This document shows positions 1-8,619 of a stretch of DNA of 36,481 bases, piece after piece (the stretch's first letter is position 1; every line of letters starts with the position of its first letter). The notes beneath the pieces were generated by a model, which made no database searches, had not been told where the DNA came from, and was given only the letters and a program-made list of their open reading frames with translations. Source of the DNA: an uncultured Demequinaceae bacterium (lineage in GTDB: Bacteria > Actinomycetota > Actinomycetes > Actinomycetales > Demequinaceae). The DNA is taken from NCBI GenBank assembly GCA_964535845.1, contig CAZHTO010000001.1, forward strand, positions 1-36,481, in the 5' to 3' direction. Made by a program: the position numbers and the translations under genes.

Positions 1-173
1 TTGTAACCGATGTCGAGCAGAACCTCGTCGCGGTCGACCTTGACGATGGTGCCCTCGACGAGATCGCCGTCGTCGAAGTTCTTGATGGTCGCGTCGATGG
101 CTGCGAGGAAGTCCTCAGCTGAGCCGATGTCGTTGACAGCGATGGGGGCGGACTCGGGGGTGGATACGGACAT
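1..173 (-). CDS. rpsA: 30S ribosomal protein S1, 5' part (runs off the left edge)
   Basis: Manual translation from ATG 173: MSVSTPESAPIAVNDIGSAEDFLAAIDATIKNFDDGDLVEGTIVKVDRDEVLLDIGY, the actinobacterial S1 N-terminus. Not in the ORF track. Confidence 0.97.
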   Translation of the reverse strand, partial: MSVSTPESAPIAVNDIGSAEDFLAAIDATIKNFDDGDLVEGTIVKVDRDEVLLDIGY

Positions 174-260
174 GTAGTGGATAGCTCCGATGGACATTGG
201 AAGTATGGGAATTTGCTTGGACTGGCTCTGGACGTGCGAAAGCACACCAGACCGTCGTTC

Positions 261-290
261 AGCCTACCCCGAAAGGTGCCGTTAGCACAA
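261..290 (-). promoter_or_regulatory. Probable rpsA promoter (TTGTGC-N18-TAGGCT)
   Basis: Minus strand -35 at 285-290 and TANNNT -10 at 261-266, followed by a leader of about 80 nt with a hairpin and GGAG upstream of the ATG. Confidence 0.55.
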
Positions 291-344
291 AGCCCAACCG
301 CGCATCGGCCGGCTACTTTTACACGCTCACGATATGAGTGTTAC

Positions 345-743
345 TCAATCGAGATCTTCACGGATGCTTTGAATGATGTCTGTGGTCGAAACCTCGGCGG
401 TGCGGGGCAGATAGACCACGTCGCACAACTCGCGGAAGTGGTCGAACTTACCTGCCCAGTCGTCGCCCATGACGAGCACATCAGCGCGATGCTCACGAAT
501 GTAGTCGCCCTTGAGTTCGAGCGACTCCTCGACAAAAACCTCGTTCACGCATGCTAATGACGAAACGATCGCCATGCGGTGCTCTTCACGATAGACCGGA
601 TACCTCTTCTTTTTGGAAAAGTTCAGGCCATCAGAGGACACGCCCACCGTGAGGTGGTCGCCCATCTCGGCAGCGCGTAGCAACACATTGACATGGCCGA
701 TGTGGAACAGGTCAAAGGTTCCGAACGTAAGTACCCGGGTCAT
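345..743 (-). CDS. tagD: Glycerol-3-phosphate cytidylyltransferase (TagD-like)
   Basis: TFGTFDLFHIGH (HxGH), VGVSSD, MGDDWAGKFD and YLPRTAEVSTT motifs. Start moved to ATG 743 (MTRVLTF). Confidence 0.9.
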   Translation of the reverse strand: MTRVLTFGTFDLFHIGHVNVLLRAAEMGDHLTVGVSSDGLNFSKKKRYPVYREEHRMAIVSSLACVNEVFVEESLELKGDYIREHRADVLVMGDDWAGKFDHFRELCDVVYLPRTAEVSTTDIIQSIREDLD

Positions 744-761
744 GACCCCAGGATATCCGGC

Positions 762-805
762 GTTGTTCACCTGTCAGTCACTTTAGTTGTTCACCTGTCA
801 GTTAC
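762..805. repeat. Tandem direct repeat GTTGTTCACCTGTCAGTYAC x2 (period 24 bp) in the divergent promoter region
   Basis: Copies at 762-781 and 786-805 are 19/20 identical. Confidence 0.95.
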
Positions 806-811
806 CTTGGA

Positions 812-817
812 TATAAT
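812..817 (+). promoter_or_regulatory. -10 box TATAAT of a probable leaderless tagF-like transcript
   Basis: Perfect TATAAT 7 nt upstream of ATG 825, with no SD sequence. Confidence 0.65.
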
Positions 818-824
818 CCGCCTC

Positions 825-2321
825 ATGCTGAGGAAAGTTAAACGCTACGTTCGCCGTATGCGGCGGCTAGTCGCACGCGCAGTACGAGCGACTCAAGATC
901 GCACCCTTGGGCGCTGGTACTACGCGAAACTACCGCTCGACCCGAACCTGGTGGTTTACACGACCCTGTGGCACCGTGCCCCTCGCGGAAACCCGCTCGC
1001 GATCTATCGCAAGCAACAAGAGTTAGCGCCTCACCTTCGCGCGGTTTGGATTGTGCGCAAGCAAGATGTTGATCAACTCCCCGAAGGAATCGATTACGTC
1101 ACTCCTCGCACCCTCGCTTACTTGCGAGTGAGCGCTACGGCGACATACATCGTGGACGATGCCAACCCGCATTGGAGCCTTCCCGCGCGCACGGGCCAGA
1201 TTTACGTCCAGACCCACCATGGCACCGCTCTCAAATACATGGGAGCCGACCGGCATTACTCCGGTAAGCGGCCCAGCGACGAGACGATCGTCACCATGCA
1301 TCGACGCGCCCAGCGGTGGACTTACTCGTTGACGACGAGCCCGTTCCTCACCGAGGTGTGGGAGCGTGCGTACAACAACGGCTGCACCCAGCTCGAGGTG
1401 GGGTTCCCTCGCAATGATGCCCTGCTAGCCGCGACTGATGACGACCGAGCACAGGTAAGAGCACGGTTGGGGTTGCAAGAAGACGAGACCGCTGTTTTAT
1501 ATATGCCTACGTGGCGAGTGCGACGGAGCCCACGTAAGAAGGGCCTCGATCTCACTGAGTTCGCCGACTCTCTTCCAGCCGGCATGAGACTTCTCGTGCG
1601 TGACCACTACTACCACGACAAGCGAGTTCAACGGCAGGTTCCAGAAAACGTGCTCAATGTCTCTAAGGGCTGGGAAGTCGAAGAGCTCTATCTCGCCTCC
1701 GACGCACTCATTACGGACTACTCCTCAGCGATGTTCGACTACGCGTTGCTAGACAAGCCCATAGTTCTCTTTACCGACGACTGGGATGACTATCGCTGGG
1801 CGCGAGGCGCGTACTTTGACATTACGGCCGATGCGCCTGGCTTGGTTGTCAACACCGGCGACGATTTGGCAGCGGCCTTCCAAGCGGGAACGTTCCGGGA
1901 TGAGGGTTACGGCGACCGCCGGCGGTCCTTCCGTGAACGATTCGCCACCTACGAAGATGGCCGATCCGCCGAACGCGTGGTCCGGATTGCACTTCTGGGA
2001 GAGGACCCGAGCGCTCACGTCGGGCGAGGCTACCCGGCTGAGCGCCCTGGCGGCTGGACTACCCACCCGCGTGTGAGCCACCCCGAGAACCCGTCAATCG
2101 AGCCTCGCTTAGAACCACTCGGAACACCGGCGGCGTGGCGGGTGGAACGCATGGTGGCAGCTGGAGGACCGCTCATGGACACAGCGCCGTCAGCCATGTC
2201 AGCAATCACAGCCGTGTCAGCAATCACAGCGGTGACGCCGTTGTCAGCAGCATCGCCTACACAGTTGTCGGCCTCGCCGGTCGCTTCTGCGTCGTCAGCG
2301 GCCTCAGAAGACGCGCGTTAG
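825..2321 (+). CDS. CDP-glycerol glycerophosphotransferase family protein (TagF/TagB-like)
   Basis: QTHHGTALK, GFPRND, YMPTWR and LITDYSSAMFDY motifs. The 693 start would overlap tagD, so ATG 825 is preferred. Confidence 0.9.
   Translation: MLRKVKRYVRRMRRLVARAVRATQDRTLGRWYYAKLPLDPNLVVYTTLWHRAPRGNPLAIYRKQQELAPHLRAVWIVRKQDVDQLPEGIDYVTPRTLAYLRVSATATYIVDDANPHWSLPARTGQIYVQTHHGTALKYMGADRHYSGKRPSDETIVTMHRRAQRWTYSLTTSPFLTEVWERAYNNGCTQLEVGFPRNDALLAATDDDRAQVRARLGLQEDETAVLYMPTWRVRRSPRKKGLDLTEFADSLPAGMRLLVRDHYYHDKRVQRQVPENVLNVSKGWEVEELYLASDALITDYSSAMFDYALLDKPIVLFTDDWDDYRWARGAYFDITADAPGLVVNTGDDLAAAFQAGTFRDEGYGDRRRSFRERFATYEDGRSAERVVRIALLGEDPSAHVGRGYPAERPGGWTTHPRVSHPENPSIEPRLEPLGTPAAWRVERMVAAGGPLMDTAPSAMSAITAVSAITAVTPLSAASPTQLSASPVASASSAASEDAR
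2191..2232 (+). repeat. 18-bp tandem repeat (CAGCCRTGTCAGCAATCA) encoding SAITAV repeats
   Basis: Units at 2191-2208 and 2209-2226, plus a decayed third start. Confidence 0.85.
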
Positions 2322-3337
2322 AGGCTCCACGCCGTCTTCAACAGTTCTTCGGGCACAAACTTGGTCTTGCCCTTCATCTCCGAGAAGTCGGCCATCTCAA
2401 TCGCCTCGCCCCGTAGCGCGGTGAACTTACCCGAGTCGCCTGCTGCCACAGCGTTAATGGCTGCGACACCAAAGCGCGTCGCAAGCAGGCGATCGGTTGC
2501 TGTGGGCACTCCCCCGCGCTGAACGTAACCAAGCACCGTGAGCCGGGCAGGAAAGCCTGTCAGGTTCTCGATGGCGTGGGTGACTTGCTGGCCAATCTGT
2601 CCAGCAATGGGGTTCCCACGGTGGTCAAGTGTCTCGCTCGCGTCCCACGCGCTGCCCTCGACAGGGATCGCGCCTTCGGCGACAGCCACAATCGAGAAGT
2701 TCTTGTAGCGGTGGCGATGACGGATTTTCTTGGCAATGGCCTCAATGTCGAAGGGTGACTCAGGCGCCAAAATAATGTCTGCGCCCCCGGAGATTCCCGC
2801 TGTCACGGCAATCCAACCACTGTGGCGTCCCATGAGCTCCACCACCATCACACGGTTGTGTGACTCTGCTGTCGAGTGGAGGCGGTCAATGGCGTCGGTC
2901 GCGATTGAGACCGCGGTGTCGAAGCCGATGGACGCGTCTGTTCCTACCACGTCGTTATCGATGGTCTTGGGGATGCCAATGACCGGTACGCCGGAGTCGT
3001 TCACCTTCGACGCTGCCTTGAGCGTGCCGTCTCCACCGATGCAGATCAGGGCATCCAGCTTCTCGTCCTCAACGGTTTGCTGGACCGCCTCGATCCCACC
3101 CTTTTCTTTGTGGGGGTGGCAACGATCCGTGCCCAACATGGTCCCACCGTGGACCAGGATTCCGCTCACGTCATCCCTGGTCAATGGGACGGCGTCGCCT
3201 TCGATCACGCCGCGCCAGCCTTTGTGAAAGCCCACAATCGACATGCCGTGCTGGGTGGTGCCGCGCTTGACGATCGCGCGGATGGCGGCGTTTAAGCCGG
3301 GGCAGTCTCCGCCCCCAGTGAGGATTCCTACTCGCAT
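2318..3337 (-). CDS. pfkA: 6-phosphofructokinase (actinobacterial group III type, probably ATP-dependent)
   Basis: MRVGILTGGGDCPGLN, GGDGT, PKTIDND, ELMGRHSGW and LGYVQRGG motifs. Start at ATG 3337. Confidence 0.95.
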   Translation of the reverse strand: MRVGILTGGGDCPGLNAAIRAIVKRGTTQHGMSIVGFHKGWRGVIEGDAVPLTRDDVSGILVHGGTMLGTDRCHPHKEKGGIEAVQQTVEDEKLDALICIGGDGTLKAASKVNDSGVPVIGIPKTIDNDVVGTDASIGFDTAVSIATDAIDRLHSTAESHNRVMVVELMGRHSGWIAVTAGISGGADIILAPESPFDIEAIAKKIRHRHRYKNFSIVAVAEGAIPVEGSAWDASETLDHRGNPIAGQIGQQVTHAIENLTGFPARLTVLGYVQRGGVPTATDRLLATRFGVAAINAVAAGDSGKFTALRGEAIEMADFSEMKGKTKFVPEELLKTAWSL

Positions 3338-3347
3338 GGCTCCAACT

Positions 3348-6005
3348 CTAGTGTCCAGCCGTGCGCCAGTCCGCACCCTTGCCGACATTCACGTCGAGAG
3401 GGACAGACAGTTCGCCGGCAGCGTGCATTCGTGTGACCAAAATAGCTTCAACTGCGTCTTCTTCGCCTGGTGCCACTTCGACCACCAGTTCATCGTGCAC
3501 CTGCAACAGCTGTCGAGATGCAAGACCTTGGTCCTTAAGGTCTGCGTCGACCCCAAGCATTGCCTTCTTAATCAAGTCTGCTGCGCTGCCTTGGATTGGC
3601 GCGTTGAGCGCGACCCGCTCGGCAATATCGCGTCGCTGACGGTTAGTCGACGTCAAGTCGGGCACATAGCGCCGGCGCCCAAAGATCGTTTCGGTGTAGC
3701 CGTCTTGACGCGCACGCTCTACGACTGAACGCAGGTAGTCGCGGACTCCACCAAAACGCGCGAAGTAGTCGTCCATGAGGGCCTGCGCGTCACCAACAGG
3801 GACTGCCAGCTGCCGTGCCAACCCAAAGGCGGACAACCCATACGCGAGCCCGTAGCTCATCGCTTTGACTTTGGAGCGCATCTCAGGCGACACCTCTTCT
3901 GGCGTCACGCCAAATACCCGTGCTCCCACATATCTGTGTAGGTCTTCACCCGCCCGGAACGCTTCAATAAGCCCTTCGTCGCCGCTTAAGTGCGCCATAA
4001 TGCGCATCTCGATCTGGCTGTAGTCCGCAGTCAGCAGCGTCGAGTAGCCCTCCCCCACGACAAAGGCTTCGCGAATCCGATGTCCCTCGGGGGTGCGGAT
4101 AGGGATGTTCTGCAGGTTTGGATCTCTGGAACTCAACCTGCCCGTTGACGCCACTACTTGAGAGAACGTGGTGTGGATACGACGATCGTCGCGGACAGCC
4201 TGGTGAAGGGTCTCGATGATTTGCCCGAGCTTGGCCGCATCCCGGTGAGCCAACAGTGCCTCAAGAAAAGGGTGAGGGTTCTTCGCTTGCAAGTCGGCAA
4301 GCGACGCCGCGTCGGTTGAGTACCCGGTCTTGATCCGCTTGGTCTTGGGCATACCCAAGCGTTCGAACAAGACCTCCTGTAGCTGTTTAGGCGAACCGAG
4401 GTTCACCTCAGTACCGCCGATGGCCTCGTATGCCTGGCTTGCGGCGAACGCGGCACGCTCCCGTGCTCCGTCAGCAAGAGTGCTGAGGTGCTCCACGTCG
4501 ATCGCAACCCCTGCGTGTTCCATACGCGCCAACACCGAGATCAACGGGATCTCCAAGTCGCGGTAGAGCTCGCTCATCTGGCGTCGGTCTACCTCCGCGT
4601 CGAGTTCTGCGGAAAGTGTGGAGACGTGGGCTGCCGTGCGGCCCGCAGCGACAGCGGCCGATGCGTCCAGCCCTAGATCTAGTTCGTCGCCTGCCGCTCC
4701 ACTACTGTCACGCACCCCCAAGTAGCGTTCTAGCACCGACTCGAGGTCGAAGCCCCGCTGGTCAGCATTGATGAGAAAAGCACTGATTTGGGTATCACCG
4801 ACAATGCCTTGCAGGTCGATTCCGCGGGCCGCCAGCGCGTGCCACGCGTCTTTAGCCGAGTGCAAGGTCTTGCCCACGGCGTCACTCTCGAGCCAGGATC
4901 GTAGGGCGCTCTCTTGGTCAGCAGTGAGCTCCGTCAGGTCAATCCCCCACGCTTGCTCGTTCGCGCTCACCCCAATCGCCCAGGCGTCAGCATCTGCACC
5001 AATACGGCCCGCGACATGAAGTGCCACGGGACCAGGCAACGCGGTCACTACCTCAAGCGCGCCGTCCGTGACGACCTCAACCTCTTGTGGAGCGTCAGGT
5101 ACGTGCGCCGTGGAGTCCCCGGCCGCGAGCGGCAATAACCGCTCGCGCAAAGTCTTGAACTGCAAGGTGTCGCACACCTGATGGATGGCCGCAGCGTCTG
5201 CACCCTCATATTCCAAGGCCTCGACGCTCAGTGGGACTTCCAAATCGGTGACGAGGTGGTTGAGCTCACGGTTCAAGCGCACCGCGTCCAGATGATCACG
5301 GAGGCTCTGCCCTGCCTTACCCGGGACGTCGTCGGCTTGATCAAGAATCTCGGTCAGACCGCCATACACGCCTATCCACTTCGCGGCAGTCTTGGGGCCC
5401 ACGCCAGGGACTCCCGGCAAGTTATCGCTAGTCTCGCCCACGAGCGCTGCCAACTCGGGATATTGCTCCGCACGGACGCCGTATCGCTCAATTACCGCAT
5501 CGGGCGTAAAACGAACCAAATCCGACACGCCCTTGCGCGGATAGAGCAGTGTCACATCGTCAGTGACGAGTTGAATCGTGTCGCGATCCCCAGAAACGAC
5601 AAGAACGCGCATTCCGGCTTCGCGACCCATGCGCGCGTACGTCGCGAGCAGGTCGTCAGCCTCGTAATTTTCTTTGTCGACGCTCGCGACCCCCAGCGCG
5701 TCAAGCATCTCTCGAATGAGTGGGACTTGGGGCTCAAATTCTGGCGGGGTTTGATCACGAGTGCCCTTATAGCTGGGAAGACGCTCAGTCCTGAAGGTCC
5801 CGCCCGGCAAGTCGAAGGCGACCGCGACATGCGTAGGAGCGTTGTCTTTCATCAGAGTCGCGAGCATTGTGGTGAAGCCATACACCGCGTTGGTCGGAAC
5901 CCCCGTCGACGTCATGAAATTTTCGGGAGGCAATGCGAAAAACGCCCGAAATGCCATCGACAATCCATCGATAAGTAGCAGAGTTGGTCGTTGAGTAGCG
6001 CTCAC
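3348..6005 (-). CDS. polA: DNA polymerase I
   Basis: 5'-3' exonuclease motifs (LLIDGLSMAFRAF, YEADD, SGDRD) and polymerase motifs (TGRLSS, ADYSQIEMR, QVHDEL); 885 aa. Confidence 0.98.
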   Translation of the reverse strand: MSATQRPTLLLIDGLSMAFRAFFALPPENFMTSTGVPTNAVYGFTTMLATLMKDNAPTHVAVAFDLPGGTFRTERLPSYKGTRDQTPPEFEPQVPLIREMLDALGVASVDKENYEADDLLATYARMGREAGMRVLVVSGDRDTIQLVTDDVTLLYPRKGVSDLVRFTPDAVIERYGVRAEQYPELAALVGETSDNLPGVPGVGPKTAAKWIGVYGGLTEILDQADDVPGKAGQSLRDHLDAVRLNRELNHLVTDLEVPLSVEALEYEGADAAAIHQVCDTLQFKTLRERLLPLAAGDSTAHVPDAPQEVEVVTDGALEVVTALPGPVALHVAGRIGADADAWAIGVSANEQAWGIDLTELTADQESALRSWLESDAVGKTLHSAKDAWHALAARGIDLQGIVGDTQISAFLINADQRGFDLESVLERYLGVRDSSGAAGDELDLGLDASAAVAAGRTAAHVSTLSAELDAEVDRRQMSELYRDLEIPLISVLARMEHAGVAIDVEHLSTLADGARERAAFAASQAYEAIGGTEVNLGSPKQLQEVLFERLGMPKTKRIKTGYSTDAASLADLQAKNPHPFLEALLAHRDAAKLGQIIETLHQAVRDDRRIHTTFSQVVASTGRLSSRDPNLQNIPIRTPEGHRIREAFVVGEGYSTLLTADYSQIEMRIMAHLSGDEGLIEAFRAGEDLHRYVGARVFGVTPEEVSPEMRSKVKAMSYGLAYGLSAFGLARQLAVPVGDAQALMDDYFARFGGVRDYLRSVVERARQDGYTETIFGRRRYVPDLTSTNRQRRDIAERVALNAPIQGSAADLIKKAMLGVDADLKDQGLASRQLLQVHDELVVEVAPGEEDAVEAILVTRMHAAGELSVPLDVNVGKGADWRTAGH

Positions 6006-6023
6006 TGTGCCAATCTATCCTCT

Positions 6024-6461
6024 ATGACCGACAACGACGACGTGTCACGCGCGGCAGCGTTCGACGGCACCTTGATCGCCCGAATGGGCATCGAGATGGG
6101 GGCCGTGGAGCCGGATCGCGCAGAGGGAACGATGCCTGTCGAAGGCAATACCCAGCCCTACGGCCTGCTCCATGGCGGAGCCTCTGCCGTACTGGCTGAA
6201 ACCGTCGGATCATTTGCCGCCATGGCTCACGCAGGTGACCAATCAATCGCTGTTGGCGTAGATCTCAGCATTACGCATCACCGTGCCGTTCGGTCTGGAT
6301 ACGTGACAGCCGTCGCCACTGCATTGCACCGCGGACGCACCCTTGCCTCGTATGCGGTTGCCGTCACCGACGGCGACGGCCGCCTTGTCGCATCGGCCCG
6401 TCTTACGTGCGCAATTCGCAACTCGCCGCAACAAGCTCGAAACGACCGTGCCGTATCTTGA
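6024..6461 (+). CDS. PaaI/hotdog-fold thioesterase
   Basis: NTQPYGLLHGGASAVLAET motif; conserved neighbour of polA in Actinobacteria. Start at ATG 6024. Confidence 0.92.
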   Translation: MTDNDDVSRAAAFDGTLIARMGIEMGAVEPDRAEGTMPVEGNTQPYGLLHGGASAVLAETVGSFAAMAHAGDQSIAVGVDLSITHHRAVRSGYVTAVATALHRGRTLASYAVAVTDGDGRLVASARLTCAIRNSPQQARNDRAVS

Positions 6462-6486
6462 TTGAATGTTGATCCGGAGGGGAAAC

Positions 6487-7641
6487 TTGACGAACAGAAT
6501 CGACCGACACGCGATGGTGCGTGGCTTGATCGTGATCGCTGTCGCAGCAATCGCGTTCATGGCCTACGTGGCAATAGCGCCTAGCGCAGCTGCCACAGGC
6601 ACCGATCTCACCGCGGTAGTGGCAACGTCACCTGCAGGTGACGTTGTGTCACAAGCGATATCCGCTGAAGTGGCACTACCAGAAACCGTAGGCGGCGACG
6701 GAGGTGACGAGCCACAGCGCGGCGACAATCGGGTACTGCAACAGTTACTCAACGGAATCGTGTTTGGCCTGCTGTTGGCCCTTGCATCGGTGGGGTTGTC
6801 GCTGATTTACGGCACTACCGGCCTCAGCAACTTTGCCCATGGAGAGCAGGTGTCGCTCGGCGCGCTACTGACGTTCTTCTTCGTCACTCCCCAACCAGTG
6901 ACGTTGCCGCTCTTGCCTTGGGAGTTCAACTTGGGTTGGCCGCTGGTGCCGGCAGCGCTCGCTGCGATTGCGCTGAGTGCCGGCACTGGATGGTTACAGG
7001 ACAAGTTCTTGTGGTCGAAACTCCGCAAGCGAAAAGTGACGCTCGTCCAGCAAATGATCGTCTCTATCGGTCTCTCACTGGCACTGCTGAACTTTGTTCA
7101 GTGGTGGTTTGGTGCGGAGCGCCACCGCCTGTCGACGAGCGCGATTACCCGCATCTCGCTCGGGCCCGTTTCGATAAGCCAGACCACCCTTATCTCCGTT
7201 GGCATATCCCTCGCCTGCCTCGCTGGCGTCGCCTACTTCTTGCTACGCACCCGAATAGGACGAGCGACTCGCGCAGTGTCAGACAACCCTGCGCTCGCCT
7301 CAGCCTCCGGGATCCGCGTCGAACGGGTAATCCGACTGGTGTGGGTGCTTGCGGCCGGACTTGCGGCCGTTGGCGGTATTTTGCTCGCGCTCTACGACAA
7401 CGCCACCGCATTCGACGTCGGTGCGCGGTTGCTGTTGCTCATGTTCGCGGCAGTGACCCTTGGCGGACTCGGCCACCCGTTCGGGGCTCTCGTGGGATCG
7501 ATCGTGATTGGTATTGCCGTCGAGATGTCGACGCTGGTGCTGGGAACTGACCTCAAGTACGGAGTCGCCCTCGGCATTCTGATCTTGGTGCTACTGGTGA
7601 GACCACAAGGAATACTCGGACGAGCAGAAAGGGTGGGCTAA
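6487..7641 (+). CDS. livH: Branched-chain amino acid ABC transporter permease (LivH-like)
   Basis: GLSLIYGTTGLSNFAHG, RAVSDNPALASASGI and LLVRPQGILG motifs. TTG 6487 follows GGAGGGG. Confidence 0.88.
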   Translation: MTNRIDRHAMVRGLIVIAVAAIAFMAYVAIAPSAAATGTDLTAVVATSPAGDVVSQAISAEVALPETVGGDGGDEPQRGDNRVLQQLLNGIVFGLLLALASVGLSLIYGTTGLSNFAHGEQVSLGALLTFFFVTPQPVTLPLLPWEFNLGWPLVPAALAAIALSAGTGWLQDKFLWSKLRKRKVTLVQQMIVSIGLSLALLNFVQWWFGAERHRLSTSAITRISLGPVSISQTTLISVGISLACLAGVAYFLLRTRIGRATRAVSDNPALASASGIRVERVIRLVWVLAAGLAAVGGILLALYDNATAFDVGARLLLLMFAAVTLGGLGHPFGALVGSIVIGIAVEMSTLVLGTDLKYGVALGILILVLLVRPQGILGRAERVG

Positions 7642-7644
7642 CTC

Positions 7645-8619
7645 ATGAATATCCTCCTTGATTCCATCAATGAGCTTTTCGCGCCCGCCACTGCGGCTTT
7701 CGCCTTGGCCGCCATAGGCCTGAACTTCCACTTCGGACTCACCGGACTGCTCAACATGGGCCACGCAGGCTTCATGTTGCTCGGCATGTACGGATATGCC
7801 ATTTCCACGCAACACGGCGCACCTATCTGGCTCGCCGTGATTGTCGCGATGGTGGTAGCCACCCTGTTCGGGCTGCTGTTAGGTTGGCCAACCCTGAAGC
7901 TGCGCGGTGACTACTTAGCTATCGCCACCATCTCCGCTTCTGAACTCATCCGGTATATAGGGCGGTCTAACTCTCTCCAGAGTCTGACCGGAGGATCAAC
8001 CGGCATCAGAGGCAACGACTTCAAGTTCACCTTCGAGGCGCTCAGCCCTTTCCCCGACCAAAACATCACCCTCTTGTTCTGGACCCGACACGGAACTCTG
8101 TCGTCGAGCTGGTGGCTCGTAGTGGTCAGCTGGATCGCCGTTGGCCTCTTCGCACTGCTGTATTGGCAGCTCGCGCGTAGCCCGTGGGGGCGCGTGCTCA
8201 AGGGAATTCGTGAAGACGAAGACGCGGTGCGCTCGCTGGGCAAGAACGTCTACTCCTACAAAATGCAGGCCCTCGTACTCGGTGGTGTCATCGGCGCACT
8301 TGGCGGAGTGTTGTGGTCACTCGGCGGCTCCGTCGCACCAGATGCCATGGGACGTCCCACAACGTTCTGGCTGTGGACATTGTTGTTACTAGGTGGTGCC
8401 GCCACAGTATTTGGCCCGGTCCTCGGATCAATGTTGTTCTGGATGGCTCTTGTCTCAGTCAGGGGCATCTCCAACGCATTGATCCCTGACTCAGTGCTCT
8501 CCCCGATTCAGATCGCCCCATTCTCCCTAGTGCTGGTGGGAATCACGCTCATGTGTCTGGTGATCTTCAGACCCCAAGGAGTCTTGGGCAATAAGAAGGA
8601 GCTGGCTTTCAATGACTGA
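7645..8619 (+). CDS. livM: Branched-chain amino acid ABC transporter permease (LivM-like)
   Basis: GLLNMGHAGF, LRGDYLAIAT and GIREDEDAVRSLG motifs. Confidence 0.88.
   Translation: MNILLDSINELFAPATAAFALAAIGLNFHFGLTGLLNMGHAGFMLLGMYGYAISTQHGAPIWLAVIVAMVVATLFGLLLGWPTLKLRGDYLAIATISASELIRYIGRSNSLQSLTGGSTGIRGNDFKFTFEALSPFPDQNITLLFWTRHGTLSSSWWLVVVSWIAVGLFALLYWQLARSPWGRVLKGIREDEDAVRSLGKNVYSYKMQALVLGGVIGALGGVLWSLGGSVAPDAMGRPTTFWLWTLLLLGGAATVFGPVLGSMLFWMALVSVRGISNALIPDSVLSPIQIAPFSLVLVGITLMCLVIFRPQGVLGNKKELAFND

Noticed and set aside
762-805. Direct repeat as a CRISPR remnant
   Set aside because: Only two copies with a 4-bp gap, no spacers and no cas genes.
693-824. Upstream start of the TagF-like ORF with a VVHLSVTL peptide repeat
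   Set aside because: It overlaps tagD head-to-head and translates promoter DNA. TATAAT-N7-ATG supports 825.
5181-5978. Long antisense and alternative-frame ORFs (this one, 8746-9471, 23150-23950, 35649-36362 and similar)
   Set aside because: Shadow ORFs of well-supported genes, as expected in GC-rich DNA; no motifs or translation signals.
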